From an uncultured Spirochaetota bacterium (GTDB lineage: Bacteria; Spirochaetota; Brevinematia; Brevinematales; JAOACQ01), in contig CAWIGG010000002.1 in assembly GCA_963835575.1 (NCBI GenBank), forward strand, positions 160,001-224,000: a stretch of DNA of 64,000 bases. Reading direction: 5' to 3'. A model generated the notes under the pieces. It was not told the DNA's origin, made no database searches, and saw only the letters and a list, made by a program, of their open reading frames with translations. Positions within the stretch are counted from its first letter, which is position 1. Every line of letters starts with the position of its first letter. Positions 9,881 through 20,600 of this stretch are shown here, piece after piece. The translations under genes and the position numbers were made by a program.

Positions 9881-11227
9881 ATGCGCATGGAAATAAGGCA
9901 GGAACAGCGGCAGATTATATCGCCTGTTATGATCCAGACGCTTGAGCTGGTTATGCTGCCGGGAATGGAGCTCAAAGAAAAGCTGGAAGAAGAAGCTAAA
10001 ATAAATCCGGTAATAAAATTGGATAGAAAAAAGCAGGATTATAAAAGAAGCCGTCAGCGCACAAAAAATTCGAATTTTGACAGCCAGGCATATCTGGAGA
10101 ATATTTCCGTTTATGATTTCAGCCTGTATAAATACATGATGGAACAGGTGAACCGGCTGTCAATAAGCGAAGAGGAAAAACATATCGCGCAGATTATTCT
10201 TTCCAGCATTAACGAAAACGGCCTGCTTCAAAAACCTGACGGCAAGAGCGTCATGAGGCCGATCCCGGTTTATGAACTGATAGAAAACAGCAATATTAAA
10301 ATGGAAGAACTGGAAAAAGTAAGAAAAATGATCCGGCATCTGGACCCTATCGGCATAGCCTCATATGATTCAAGGGAATATCTGGAAATACAGGCGCTTG
10401 AAAAATACGGGAAGGGAAGCCTGGAATACCGGGTTCTCCATGATTACTGCGAACTGCTGGAAAAAAAGCTTTTCACAAAATTGTCCAGGGAACTCGGCGT
10501 ATCATATGAAAAGATCCAGGATGCCATTCATCATATCAGCAAGCTTAATCTTGTGCCGGCGTCGAATTTTTCAAACGGTTATTCTCAATACATTGTTCCG
10601 GACGCTTATGTCAGTGTGGATGAAAACGGCATACACCTCGTTCTGAATGACGACTATATTCCGGATATCAAGCTGAATAAGCAGTATATTGACCTTTACA
10701 GTAATGAAGAATTCAAAGGCAGGAAAATCGTTCTTAATAAAAATGAAAAAGGTTTTTTGAAAGAAAATATCGATAGAGCTAAAATATTGATAGAGAATCT
10801 GCGCTCCAGGAAAGAGATTATATTTAAGGTTATATTAAAAATAATTGAAAAGCAGAAAGACTATTTTTTAAAGGGTTATCAGCATCAAATTCCTTTAAAA
10901 TTAAAGGATATTGCCGATGAATTAAGTATACACGAATCAACCGTCAGCAGGGTGGTCCGTGAAAAATATATTCAGACAAATAAAGGAATGATCGCTTTAA
11001 AAAGCTTTTTTTCCACTAATGTGGGGAATCAGGAAACTTCCTCAAAAAGCGTGAAAGAGATTTTAAAGACTTTTATTGAGGCTGAAGATAAAGACGATCC
11101 TTTGAGTGATGATAGAATTGTACAGATATTTAATAAAAAGGGTATTCAATTGTCCCGAAGAACTGTGGCGAAGTACAGGGCCGAACTGAATATACCGCCG
11201 GCTTTCATGAGGAGGAATCCAAAATAA
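9881..11227 (+). CDS. rpoN: RNA polymerase sigma-54 factor
   Basis: Q-rich region I, LDPIG, PLKLKDIADELSIHESTVSR HTH, RpoN box SRRTVAKYR. Confidence 0.96.
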   Translation: MRMEIRQEQRQIISPVMIQTLELVMLPGMELKEKLEEEAKINPVIKLDRKKQDYKRSRQRTKNSNFDSQAYLENISVYDFSLYKYMMEQVNRLSISEEEKHIAQIILSSINENGLLQKPDGKSVMRPIPVYELIENSNIKMEELEKVRKMIRHLDPIGIASYDSREYLEIQALEKYGKGSLEYRVLHDYCELLEKKLFTKLSRELGVSYEKIQDAIHHISKLNLVPASNFSNGYSQYIVPDAYVSVDENGIHLVLNDDYIPDIKLNKQYIDLYSNEEFKGRKIVLNKNEKGFLKENIDRAKILIENLRSRKEIIFKVILKIIEKQKDYFLKGYQHQIPLKLKDIADELSIHESTVSRVVREKYIQTNKGMIALKSFFSTNVGNQETSSKSVKEILKTFIEAEDKDDPLSDDRIVQIFNKKGIQLSRRTVAKYRAELNIPPAFMRRNPK

Positions 11228-11306
11228 GTTAGAAGCTGGAAGCTAAAAGCTAAAAGCGGGTAAAGGCGTTTTTTTATGTCTGGCTTTAAGCTTTGAGCTT
11301 TCCGCT
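11226..11306. repeat. Heptamer (AAGCTRR) tandem repeats with an inverted partner array
   Basis: AAGTTAG AAGCTGG AAGCTAA AAGCTAA AAGCGGG, then GCTTTAA GCTTTGA GCTTTCC GCT; same pattern at 17172-17251. Confidence 0.6.
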
Positions 11307-11323
11307 GAAAAGGAAGGTTTAGA

Positions 11324-13309
11324 ATGGATAGGTTAAAGGATTTGCTGGGGGAAGACCAGGAAAAGGATTTTTCCGCCGATACGGAAGGTTCTTCATCTGA
11401 AGACAGAGAACTTGAAGTATATGCTTTCTCTGCCGAAGAAGCGTTAAAAAGCGCAGCTCAGGAGCTTAAGACAAGTATTGTCAATCTTCAATACAGGATC
11501 CTTGAAAAGGGCAGTATGGGCGTTATGGGCATCGGCAGGAAGCCTAATAAATTCCTTGTTTTTGTTGAAGAAGGCGGTAAAGGTGCGGAAACTATTGCAT
11601 ATGAGGGATTAAAGAACGAATTAATGGTGCAAGAGGAGCAGGCGGCCCAGAATAAAGACGGTCAGTACAAAGTAATAGTAACGAAAGAAGGCATTTATAT
11701 TAAAATAGAACCCCCGCTTGGTAAAGGTAAAAAAGCGGACCTGGCTGATATTCAAAGGCATCTGCAGAACCGTGAAATTGTGAAGTATAACGAAGACGCG
11801 GTTAAAAAAGAAATTGACCATCCGAAAAAGAAATTAGTCAGAATAGGCGACTATATCCCTTCGCAGAATGACAGTCATTTCCAGGTCCAGATTTCCCCTG
11901 ATGAAATGAAAGCTTATATGACAATGACGAAACCTGAGAAGTTCGGCAGGATTGTGGATATTGATGAAATCATATCGGCTTTAAAATCAAAAAACGTTCA
12001 GTATGGAATAAAGAAAGATGCCATTGAAAATGCGGTTGAGAATGAGCTTTATAATATGCCGGTTATTGTGGCCGAAGGCGATATGCCGGCTGAGGGTAAA
12101 GATTCCCAGATAAAATATCATTTTAAAGTTGATTCGGATACGGTTAAGTTTGAAGTGGCTGATGACGGGAGTGTTGACTTTCATAAGCTGGATAATGTTC
12201 AGAGTGTTGTTGTCGGTCAGGTCCTGGCGACAAAAATGCCGCCGGAGAAAGGAAAAGCCGGAAAAACCATTACAGGAAGGATCATCCCGGCCAGGGACGG
12301 CAAGGATGTCAAAATTGCGTCAGGCGGCAATACCCATCTTTCGCCCGACGGATATCAAATAATATCTGATATTAACGGCCAGGTGATATTTAAAAATAAT
12401 AAAGTCCAGGTTGAGCCGGTATTGGAAGTCAGCGGCGATGTTGACCTGACGACAGGCGATATTAATTTCCCGGGCAATGTAATTATTTACGGTAATGTGA
12501 ATGATACTTTTAAAGTATATTCCGGCGCTAATATTGAAATAAAAGGGAATATCGGAAAAGCGGATGTTGTGGCGGAAGGCAATATTATCGTCCGTCAGGG
12601 CATTCAGGGTAAGGACACGGCAAAAATCATCTGCGCCGGCGATATTTACGCCAAATTCATAGAAAGGGCGAATGTAAAGGCGGAAGGTTATGTTGTGGTG
12701 ACGGAAGTGATACTGCACAGCAATGTTGAGTGCAAGCAGAAAGTAATCTGCCAGGGCGGAAAAAGGTCGCAGATTGCCGGAGGAAAAGTCCATGCTTTTC
12801 ATGAGATTAACGCGAAATACCTGGGGGCGGAAGCATATACAGAAACTGTTCTGGAGGCTGGAACTGATCAGGAAGTCGAAGATAAAATACTTGAGATCCA
12901 TAAAAGAAAGGAACAAATTCAAAAAGAATGGCCTGAAGTAACCCTACAGCTGACGAACCTGACCATGCTGCTGGCCAGCGGTCCATTGCCGCCCGATAAA
13001 CAGGACCAGTTTAATATTTTAACATTAAAAAACAGCGAATTTAAACAGGAAATGGCAACTCTGGATGATAAACTGAAACAGCTTGCCGAATATCTGGATT
13101 CGCTGGCTAAAAGCGCTAGAATATCCGCTTCGAAGACAGTCTATCCCGGCGTTAGAGTGAAAATTAGAAATGAAGCGCTGGTCATTAAAAACGAATATAA
13201 ATTTGTCACTTTCTTCAGGGAAGGCGGCCTTATAAAAATCACTCCTTTTGAAAAATCCAAAGAGATGGAAGAAAAGATCAAAGGTATGTCCAAGTCAAGA
13301 AATCTTTAG
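11324..13309 (+). CDS. FapA (DUF342) family protein with N-terminal Jag-like domain
   Basis: EEAL..A..EL...LEKGS.G..GIGRK Jag-N motif; DGSVDFH, GDVDLTTGDI.F.G, beta-helix repeats, VYPGV. Confidence 0.88.
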   Translation: MDRLKDLLGEDQEKDFSADTEGSSSEDRELEVYAFSAEEALKSAAQELKTSIVNLQYRILEKGSMGVMGIGRKPNKFLVFVEEGGKGAETIAYEGLKNELMVQEEQAAQNKDGQYKVIVTKEGIYIKIEPPLGKGKKADLADIQRHLQNREIVKYNEDAVKKEIDHPKKKLVRIGDYIPSQNDSHFQVQISPDEMKAYMTMTKPEKFGRIVDIDEIISALKSKNVQYGIKKDAIENAVENELYNMPVIVAEGDMPAEGKDSQIKYHFKVDSDTVKFEVADDGSVDFHKLDNVQSVVVGQVLATKMPPEKGKAGKTITGRIIPARDGKDVKIASGGNTHLSPDGYQIISDINGQVIFKNNKVQVEPVLEVSGDVDLTTGDINFPGNVIIYGNVNDTFKVYSGANIEIKGNIGKADVVAEGNIIVRQGIQGKDTAKIICAGDIYAKFIERANVKAEGYVVVTEVILHSNVECKQKVICQGGKRSQIAGGKVHAFHEINAKYLGAEAYTETVLEAGTDQEVEDKILEIHKRKEQIQKEWPEVTLQLTNLTMLLASGPLPPDKQDQFNILTLKNSEFKQEMATLDDKLKQLAEYLDSLAKSARISASKTVYPGVRVKIRNEALVIKNEYKFVTFFREGGLIKITPFEKSKEMEEKIKGMSKSRNL

Positions 13310-13484
13310 AGGAAAGAGAGCGGATTTTTCATAAATTTTCCCCGGATAATATGGATTTTTTATATTCCACATTGTATAATAATTTGAATATTGAATAATA
13401 GATTGTTCCTTTCCTTTTGATAAGAGGAAAGAAGATTTTTTTTATACTCCTGAGGGGGGGAGAATTAATATAAGGCGGGGAAAT

Positions 13485-14324
13485 ATGTATGAGAGGGCTT
13501 TGATAAATCAGGCAAAAGATTATATTGAAGCTAAACTGGCGCAGACTCAGAAGAAATTTGATGTCATCATTTCTACTACAGCCGATCCCAGGAAAAAGGA
13601 ATCCATTTTGAAAACGGTCAGTGAGATTGAAAGGGATATGCAGAAGCTGCAGAGCGGGAATTTTTCCGGTGATGAAATGGCCAAGTATGATATATCGTTT
13701 GAAGATTTAAGGAATCATATTGATAACATCAGAAAACCGAGGATGTTCAGTTATAAAATTTTAAGGAACATACCCGTTATAAAATTAAGTAATTTTTCCA
13801 ACAGCCAGGAAATTAACTCGATCTGGACTTATCTGAATTATTTCGGCAATGAATATCTGGGGCTCTTAAGCGAGCAGAATCTGCCTCTGGATTACGGTCA
13901 TGCTTACCAGCGCGATAAGTTCTTTAATCAGTATAATCAGAACATCCGGCTCCTGGAAGAATACGGCAATGTCTTGGAGCAGATTGAAGCGGCGGCCGAA
14001 AATAAAAACAAGGATTACAAGGACAGGCTTATAAAAGTTCAGGGCAAGGAATACCGTGATATCATTATTAAAACAGGGTATTTTCTGTATGCCATTAAAG
14101 ATTTTATAGAGGATATAGATAAAAGTGAAAAGGAAGGGGAAAAGGTTTTACAGGAACCGGAAAAGATTGTGGGGATAAAAGGCGTTAATTCAATGCTTGA
14201 AGGTATGGCGGCAAAGGAAGCGCTTAAAGATCTCTATGAATTCACGAAGGAATTTGTCGATTTCTTAAAGATTCCGGACCTGAGGAAAATTGATGAAAAG
14301 GAATCCCGATCTTTTCCCAATTAA
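13485..14324 (+). CDS. Hypothetical protein
   Basis: 279-aa ORF with RBS and native composition; no motif recognised. Confidence 0.7.
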   Translation: MYERALINQAKDYIEAKLAQTQKKFDVIISTTADPRKKESILKTVSEIERDMQKLQSGNFSGDEMAKYDISFEDLRNHIDNIRKPRMFSYKILRNIPVIKLSNFSNSQEINSIWTYLNYFGNEYLGLLSEQNLPLDYGHAYQRDKFFNQYNQNIRLLEEYGNVLEQIEAAAENKNKDYKDRLIKVQGKEYRDIIIKTGYFLYAIKDFIEDIDKSEKEGEKVLQEPEKIVGIKGVNSMLEGMAAKEALKDLYEFTKEFVDFLKIPDLRKIDEKESRSFPN

Positions 14325-14356
14325 AAGTAAACTTTAAAACTTACAGGAGAAATATC

Positions 14357-14740
14357 GTGGCTTTGAAAACTGAAATAACCAACAGCATCATCGGGGAAAA
14401 ATCCTATTTTGAAGGAAAATTCCTGATAAACGGCACCATACAAATTAACGGAAAATTTGAAGGAGCCGTATTGAAGGTCGATCAGATATTTATCGGCCCG
14501 GGAGGAAGAGTTAAAGCTGACCTGGAAGCTTCCTCGATCGTGATCGAAGGGGTCGTGATCGGTAATATTAAAGCGAATACAAGGGTCATGCTTATGCCTA
14601 CAGCCCGCGTCCTGGGCGATATCAAAACTCCGGAACTCATCATCCAGAACGGCGTCGTGCTGGAAGGAAGATGTTTGATCAGTAATAATCTCAATTCTCC
14701 GGCAAAGGAAACAATAGTTAAAATATACAATGAAAAATAA
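14357..14740 (+). CDS. Bactofilin (polymer-forming cytoskeletal protein)
   Basis: SIIG...FEG...I.I.G.FEG...IG..G.VKAD...V.G.I...GDI..PEL.I..G..LEG.C. Confidence 0.92.
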   Translation: MALKTEITNSIIGEKSYFEGKFLINGTIQINGKFEGAVLKVDQIFIGPGGRVKADLEASSIVIEGVVIGNIKANTRVMLMPTARVLGDIKTPELIIQNGVVLEGRCLISNNLNSPAKETIVKIYNEK

Positions 14741-15677
14741 AATGATAGCCCTGACTTTCGGTAATCCCAACGGAATTGGACCGGAGGTCGCCGCGAAAGC
14801 CGTTGAAAAAATCCCTCCCCGTTTACTGCAGGATTTTATTCTTATTGGCGATGAAGATTCATATAATCATTATTTCAAAAAAAAGCGGAATATTAATTTT
14901 CTTCCTGTCGATGTTAAATTTCCTTATAAAGGATGCCGTTTCTGCCCGGGCGAACAAAGCCCGGTTTCAGGGGCCCTTTCGTGGCTTTTTCTTCAAAAGG
15001 CTGTAGAGCTCGCTAAAAAAGGCGATGCCGCGGCTATTGTAACTGCCCCGATTTCCAAGGAATTGATTGTCAGATCCGGACAAAAAGGATTCATTGACCA
15101 CACGACTTTTTTTGCAAATGAATTTAAAGTTAAAAAATTCAATATGATGTTTTATTCAGAAGATTTAAAAGTCATCCTGGCGACCATCCATATTCCGTTA
15201 AAACGGGTCGCCGTCTGTCTTACGCGGGAATTGGTGAAAAACACGCTTAATAACGCCCTGCAGTTCGGCAGGAAGTTGGAAAATAAAAATTACAGGGTCG
15301 CTGTCTGCGGTTTGAATCCGCATGCGGGTGAAAACGGACTGATGGGTAATGAGGACAGGGAAATCATTCTTCCCGCCGTACGCAGTTTTCAGAAAAAAGG
15401 GTACGCTGTTGCCGGCCCGCTTCCCGCCGATACGGTCTTTTATAAAGCGTACCAAGGCGAGTATGATATTGTTGTCGCGATGTACCATGATCAGGGCCTT
15501 GCCCCTTTCAAACTGCTGCATTTTGAAAACGGTGTGAATGTTACTTTAGGCCTGCCGATTGTCAGGACTTCACCCGACCATGGCACTGCCTTCGACATAG
15601 CCGGGAAAGGGAAAGCAAGCAGCGGAAGCATGTTAAGCGCCATAAAACTGGCTTTAAGATTAACGGGAAGAGAATAA
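14730..15677 (+). CDS. pdxA: 4-hydroxythreonine-4-phosphate dehydrogenase
   Basis: GIGPEV, TAPISK, HT, GLNPHAGE, PADT, AMYHDQG, RTSPDHGTAFDIAGKG. Confidence 0.95.
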   Translation: MKNKMIALTFGNPNGIGPEVAAKAVEKIPPRLLQDFILIGDEDSYNHYFKKKRNINFLPVDVKFPYKGCRFCPGEQSPVSGALSWLFLQKAVELAKKGDAAAIVTAPISKELIVRSGQKGFIDHTTFFANEFKVKKFNMMFYSEDLKVILATIHIPLKRVAVCLTRELVKNTLNNALQFGRKLENKNYRVAVCGLNPHAGENGLMGNEDREIILPAVRSFQKKGYAVAGPLPADTVFYKAYQGEYDIVVAMYHDQGLAPFKLLHFENGVNVTLGLPIVRTSPDHGTAFDIAGKGKASSGSMLSAIKLALRLTGRE

Positions 15678-15965
15678 TAATCTGGTAAATCTTCGTTTTT
15701 ATATCAAATAATCCAATTTTCAATTCTTTATGATTTAAAACAAGCATTTATAATAATAGATTTAATGGATAACCACTGGTGTAAATACCAAGGAGAGGGG
15801 GCGGGGTTAGTTTTTGAGTATTTGAATTAATAACAGATTTAATGATTCAGCTTTGCGCCTTTGCGTGCATTTCTTTTTCACTCAAAGAATCAACTTACGC
15901 AATCGAAGTGTTGAGGGGAAACTCTGTGGCAAATAAATCAACAGACTTTTTCTGCGGCTCTTTTT

Positions 15966-17066
15966 TTAATGGAGCAATTTCTTTTGCGATGCCGCGAAAT
16001 CCAGCGAATAACAGAAGATTTTAGCCGGGCTGGAAAGGGGTATAAACACAGCTTTGGAATTATAATCTTTTGCAATTTTTAAAAAAGGCCTGTCGATTGA
16101 GCCTACAAATTTCGAATTGATATAATGCCCTGTTCTGCTGTCCATCAGAGTCAGATTCCCTTTCGAGTCGATAAAAGCTGTGATGGAAAGGGGTTGCGAC
16201 AGGATAAGCGGAGAATAAGATGCCGCTGAAGAAGAATTGAATGTAAAATCGGAAAAAAGATGATAATTAAGATCCTTGTTATCGGAATTCGTAAAAAGTG
16301 TTGTTCCGCTACTGTCAAATAAAAAAGCGGACGCGCCGGTATTCCAGTTCAGAATAGCGCTTTCAGAAGTCCATGCGAGCGTATTAAGTATTTTTGTCCC
16401 TTCTGATGTGGAAATATAAAGCCTGCTTTTATAATATGAGGCATTGCCTGAAAAATAACCATTAAATTGGTAATATCCTTTAATAAAACGGAAAGCGGGA
16501 TCGGTTTGATAAACTTTTGATTTATCGTCAATTAAATAGAATAAATCGCCGCCCCTTATAACAGCGGTTATGTTTTGTATATTAGGAGGAATAGAAAAGA
16601 GCTCTATCCTTTTCTCAATACTGTTTATCACAATGATCTTGTTGCTGGTATGAACAATAATCCCAAGCGGATCGGCTGTATAAGAGTCTTTTGTAATGAA
16701 AGGTATATTGGTTTCAAAACTGACTATTCCCTGCTCGAATGAATAGGTCCTGAGAAAAGATGAGGCGGCGTCCGGTTTGCAGGAAATTACAGACAATCCT
16801 GATTTGTCGGTAAAAAGCAATTGAACGTTTTCCCTGTTCAGTTTTCTTTTCCAGTTAATAAGACCTGAATCCATCCAGCAAGAATAAATATTTCCGGAAG
16901 CATCGGCGAAAAAGAGATTGTTATCATTTATTTCTATTCCGGCAACAGGTGGAGAAGGAAGATTTTTTTCCCATATCACGCCTTCACTTATATCCATGTT
17001 TTGAAGAGAACATGAAGTAAAAGAGATTATGAAATAAAAGAAAAAAACGGATAAGCATCTTTTCAT
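15966..17066 (-). CDS. Lipoprotein with PQQ-like beta-propeller repeats
   Basis: Lipobox FTSC; G..IWE, G.IY....SG...W, G.L..MD..TG repeats. Confidence 0.6.
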   Translation of the reverse strand: MKRCLSVFFFYFIISFTSCSLQNMDISEGVIWEKNLPSPPVAGIEINDNNLFFADASGNIYSCWMDSGLINWKRKLNRENVQLLFTDKSGLSVISCKPDAASSFLRTYSFEQGIVSFETNIPFITKDSYTADPLGIIVHTSNKIIVINSIEKRIELFSIPPNIQNITAVIRGGDLFYLIDDKSKVYQTDPAFRFIKGYYQFNGYFSGNASYYKSRLYISTSEGTKILNTLAWTSESAILNWNTGASAFLFDSSGTTLFTNSDNKDLNYHLFSDFTFNSSSAASYSPLILSQPLSITAFIDSKGNLTLMDSRTGHYINSKFVGSIDRPFLKIAKDYNSKAVFIPLSSPAKIFCYSLDFAASQKKLLH

Positions 17067-17171
17067 AAGAGAATGCAAGCCTTATTGATATTTCGGGATT
17101 TCATATTTATAATAATACATACTTATTGGGGTTTATGTCAAGTTTAAACGGTTACGATATAAGAAATTAAT

Positions 17172-17251
17172 AAGATAAAAGCTAAAAGCGGAAAGCGGTC
17201 ATATTACAGCTAATTTCTATAAATTAATACTTTAAGCTTTTAGGCTTTCCG
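17172..17251. repeat. Heptamer repeat pair, same family as 11226-11306
   Basis: AAGATAA AAGCTAA AAGCGGA AAGCGGT followed by the inverted ACTTTAA GCTTTTA GGCTTTCCG. Confidence 0.5.
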
Positions 17252-17412
17252 TATTAAGCCCGGATTTATATATAAGTTTATTGAACTGCCTGAAATTATC
17301 AGGTTTGCTTTTTTTAGTCAGAGAACTTATAATTTTAGTCTTTTAAATTAAAAAGGAATAAATATACCGGCTTGTAATTTTATAATAAATTTATACCAAA
17401 GGCAGAGAAAAC

Positions 17413-19008
17413 ATGAAAGAGTTATTATCGGGAAACGAAGCTATCGCAAGAGGCGCATATGAGGCGGACGTCTGGGTTGCCGCGGGTTATCCAGGAACGC
17501 CGAGTTCGGAAATAATCGAGACATTGAGTGAAAAATATCCTGAAATAAACTCCGAATGGAGCGTCAATGAAAAGGTGGCCCTTGAAATAGGGCTCGGCTC
17601 TTCTATAGCCGGGGTCAAATCGCTTGTCACAATGAAGCATGTCGGTTTAAATGTGGCCGCGGATCCGCTTTTGACAGCGGCATACACAGGAATTAATGAA
17701 GGGCTGGTCATAGTTGCGGCGGATGATCCCGGTATGCATTCCTCACAGAATGAACAGGATACGCGGAATTACGCCAAATTCGCCAAACTGCCGCTTTTTG
17801 AACCTGCGGACAGCCAGGAAGCGAAGGATTTTGTAAAAACAGCTTTTGATGTTTCAAAAGAATTCGATTCGGCTGTGATTCTCCGCCCTGTTACCCGCAT
17901 CTCTCATACTAAAGGGGTTGTTGAATTATCCGGAGGAGCAAGAAAAAAACCTTCCTATCAATATAAAAGGGATATTGCCAAATATGTCATGGTGCCGGCT
18001 AACGCCATACCGAGGCATGGGATCCTGCTTGAAAAGTATTCGCGGCTCTGCCGGTACTCCAATCAGTTTGAAGGCAACAGAATAGAGTATAACAGTAAAG
18101 ATATCGGGATCATAACCCATGGGCTTATTTATCAATATGTAAAAGAAGCGCTGCCGCATGCCAGTATTATGAAAATTGCAATGTATCCCCTGCCCATGGA
18201 AAAAATTAAAGAATTCGCCGCTTCAGTAAAAACTCTTTATGTAGTTGAAGAACTCGATCCGATTATAGAAGAAGAAGTCAGGGCAAACGGCATACCGGTT
18301 ATCGGCAAGCAGATTATTCCCATGACAGGCGAGCTTTCGGTTGATATTATCAGGCGCGCTTTTGATAAAAAGGAAAATAAGACAAAGAGAGAAGATCAAA
18401 AACTTCCCGCCCGCCCTCCGGTCCTCTGCAAAGGCTGCGGCCATATACCCGTTTTTGAGGTATTAAGGGACATGAAGGCTGTTGTGCTGGGCGATATCGG
18501 CTGTTATACGCTGGGCGCGCTGCCTCCTTATCAGGCCATGGACACGACGGTCTGCATGGGCGCGAGTGTCGGCAATGAAATCGGGTTTAAAAAAGCCGCG
18601 CGGCTTACCGGACAGAAGATCATTTCGGCGGGAGTGATCGGTGATTCGACTTTTTATCATTCCGGTATGACAAGCCTGCTTAATGCTGTTTATAACAGAA
18701 CGCCGATTACCCTGATCATTCTGGATAATCATATCACCGCCATGACCGGGCATCAGCCTAACATAGGGACATCCCTTGACAATAAATTTCAGGAGACGAT
18801 GGAAATCGATCTGGAAAACCTTGTGAAAGGTCTCGGCGTTAAAAGAGTGAGGAAGGTGAATGCTTATAAAAAAGAGGAATTGAAAAAAGTGATACAGGAA
18901 GAAATTAACGCGGAAGAAGTTTCTGTTATTATTGTTGATGAGATCTGCGTTATCGGTGAGGCCCGGATTAGAAAAATCCATAATTTAAAAAAAGAGGGGG
19001 CTAAATGA
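17413..19008 (+). CDS. iorA: Indolepyruvate:ferredoxin oxidoreductase alpha subunit
   Basis: GNEAIARG, YPGTPS, NEKVALE, MKHVGLNVAAD, SSQNEQD, RPPVLC.GC, DIGCY, GDSTF; no C-terminal ferredoxin domain. Confidence 0.95.
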   Translation: MKELLSGNEAIARGAYEADVWVAAGYPGTPSSEIIETLSEKYPEINSEWSVNEKVALEIGLGSSIAGVKSLVTMKHVGLNVAADPLLTAAYTGINEGLVIVAADDPGMHSSQNEQDTRNYAKFAKLPLFEPADSQEAKDFVKTAFDVSKEFDSAVILRPVTRISHTKGVVELSGGARKKPSYQYKRDIAKYVMVPANAIPRHGILLEKYSRLCRYSNQFEGNRIEYNSKDIGIITHGLIYQYVKEALPHASIMKIAMYPLPMEKIKEFAASVKTLYVVEELDPIIEEEVRANGIPVIGKQIIPMTGELSVDIIRRAFDKKENKTKREDQKLPARPPVLCKGCGHIPVFEVLRDMKAVVLGDIGCYTLGALPPYQAMDTTVCMGASVGNEIGFKKAARLTGQKIISAGVIGDSTFYHSGMTSLLNAVYNRTPITLIILDNHITAMTGHQPNIGTSLDNKFQETMEIDLENLVKGLGVKRVRKVNAYKKEELKKVIQEEINAEEVSVIIVDEICVIGEARIRKIHNLKKEGAK

Positions 19009-20528
19009 CAGTCGGCTTAATCTCATATGTAATCAGCATCAGCTTCTGTCTTTTTCTCATAGTTCAATCTTTAATTTATTACTTTTTTTTATCAGGAAAT
19101 TCCGAATTAAAACAGTCAAGAAATGACCTGCCTTTTATCATACTCATTGCCATATCAGTTTTTACCTGCCTTATAATGGGCGTATTCAGCTATCTCTATC
19201 CCGGTATGGCAGCGCTTTTTGATAAACTGGAAGTCATATCCGGTATTGTCGCGCTCTTTTTCTATGTCATGCTTCTCCGTTTTATTTCTGTCGCCATCAA
19301 GGATATGACCTTTGTGGAAACAGACGGGTATAAAAAGAAAAACAGGATTTATCTTATTCTTTTTTTCATTCTATGCTTACTCTCCATACTGTCAGTCGTC
19401 ATTTTTTATTTCAATAAAAATATCAGCGGCTATTATATAGGATTTCAGTTTTTCTTTATACTGATACTTATTATAATAGGCATCATAGAACAGACTGAAT
19501 TTAATAAAATACTTAAAAAAGAAATAGGCAAGATGAGCACGATGCATTCACTCCGCTATAAAACGATGCTCTGGACAGGCGGCGCAGTTCTTATAACCGG
19601 AATTGCCGAAATGTTTTTATACATTATGAATATGAGGGAATTTTATGTCATCTACGGTTCGCCTATGGCCTATGGGGTCTGTATCATGATGATAGGCTTA
19701 AGCCTGAATTTTGTATATGAATATATGGACGCGATGAAAAGAGCCAATGAGACGAATAAAAAACTGACGGAGTTGAACCGCCAGATGATGGATGACGTTC
19801 GGACCGCCCAATCGCTGCAGATATCTCTTTTACCGCTTGACAAGCAGAAATTCATACAGAACTTTATCGATATGGAAATATCCTACATGCCGATGCAGAG
19901 CGTGGGCGGCGATTACTATGATTTTTATAAACTGGATGAAAACAATCTGCTTATTTTTTTAGGCGATGCTTCCGGTCATGGCGTGTATGCCGCCATGATA
20001 TGGGCCATCCTCAAAGTGGAAGTGGAAGAGTTGATAGAGAATAAATATTTCAATAACCTTGCGCAGGCTTTTACTTTGCTCAATCAGCGCATCACCCGCA
20101 TTCTGGAGAACACCTATTCATACGCCACATTATTTGCCTGTTCCATTAATCTGGAATCCAGGACCATCAATTTTATTTCCGCCGGGCATACCGACCAGCT
20201 GTATTTTTCAAAAGTTGACAAAGTCGTTAAAAGAGTGAGAAATAAAAACCCGATAATCGGGACTTTTAAAAACGCCAAATTTACCGCCGATTCGATCACA
20301 TGCAAAAGCGGGGATGTCCTTTTACTTTTCAGCGACGGGATAGTTGAGGGGATCAATCCGGACGGCAAACAGCTCGGGAAAGAAAGGCTTGAAAAGATAT
20401 TTCTTGAAGTAGCCAAACAGGGCGGCTCCGCTTCGGATATGATCAGCGCGCTTCTTCTGCACCTTGAGGATTTTTTTGAAGGGACTTTACAGAAGGATGA
20501 TAGAACGATAATGATCATTAAATTATAA
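19005..20528 (+). CDS. Membrane-bound PP2C/SpoIIE-family serine phosphatase
   Basis: About 7 TM helices, coiled coil, VGGDYYD, GDASGHG, SAGH, SDG..E, DDRT. Confidence 0.9.
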   Translation: MTVGLISYVISISFCLFLIVQSLIYYFFLSGNSELKQSRNDLPFIILIAISVFTCLIMGVFSYLYPGMAALFDKLEVISGIVALFFYVMLLRFISVAIKDMTFVETDGYKKKNRIYLILFFILCLLSILSVVIFYFNKNISGYYIGFQFFFILILIIIGIIEQTEFNKILKKEIGKMSTMHSLRYKTMLWTGGAVLITGIAEMFLYIMNMREFYVIYGSPMAYGVCIMMIGLSLNFVYEYMDAMKRANETNKKLTELNRQMMDDVRTAQSLQISLLPLDKQKFIQNFIDMEISYMPMQSVGGDYYDFYKLDENNLLIFLGDASGHGVYAAMIWAILKVEVEELIENKYFNNLAQAFTLLNQRITRILENTYSYATLFACSINLESRTINFISAGHTDQLYFSKVDKVVKRVRNKNPIIGTFKNAKFTADSITCKSGDVLLLFSDGIVEGINPDGKQLGKERLEKIFLEVAKQGGSASDMISALLLHLEDFFEGTLQKDDRTIMIIKL

Positions 20529-20562
20529 AAGTAGAGACGCACGATTGTACGTCTCTACTTTT
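20527..20562. repeat. GTAG-family REP-like hairpin
   Basis: AAAAGTAGAGACG-CACGATTGTA-CGTCTCTACTTTT. Confidence 0.6.
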
Positions 20563-20600
20563 ATTTACAAATTACCTAATTCAAGGAAAAGGTTAATATT

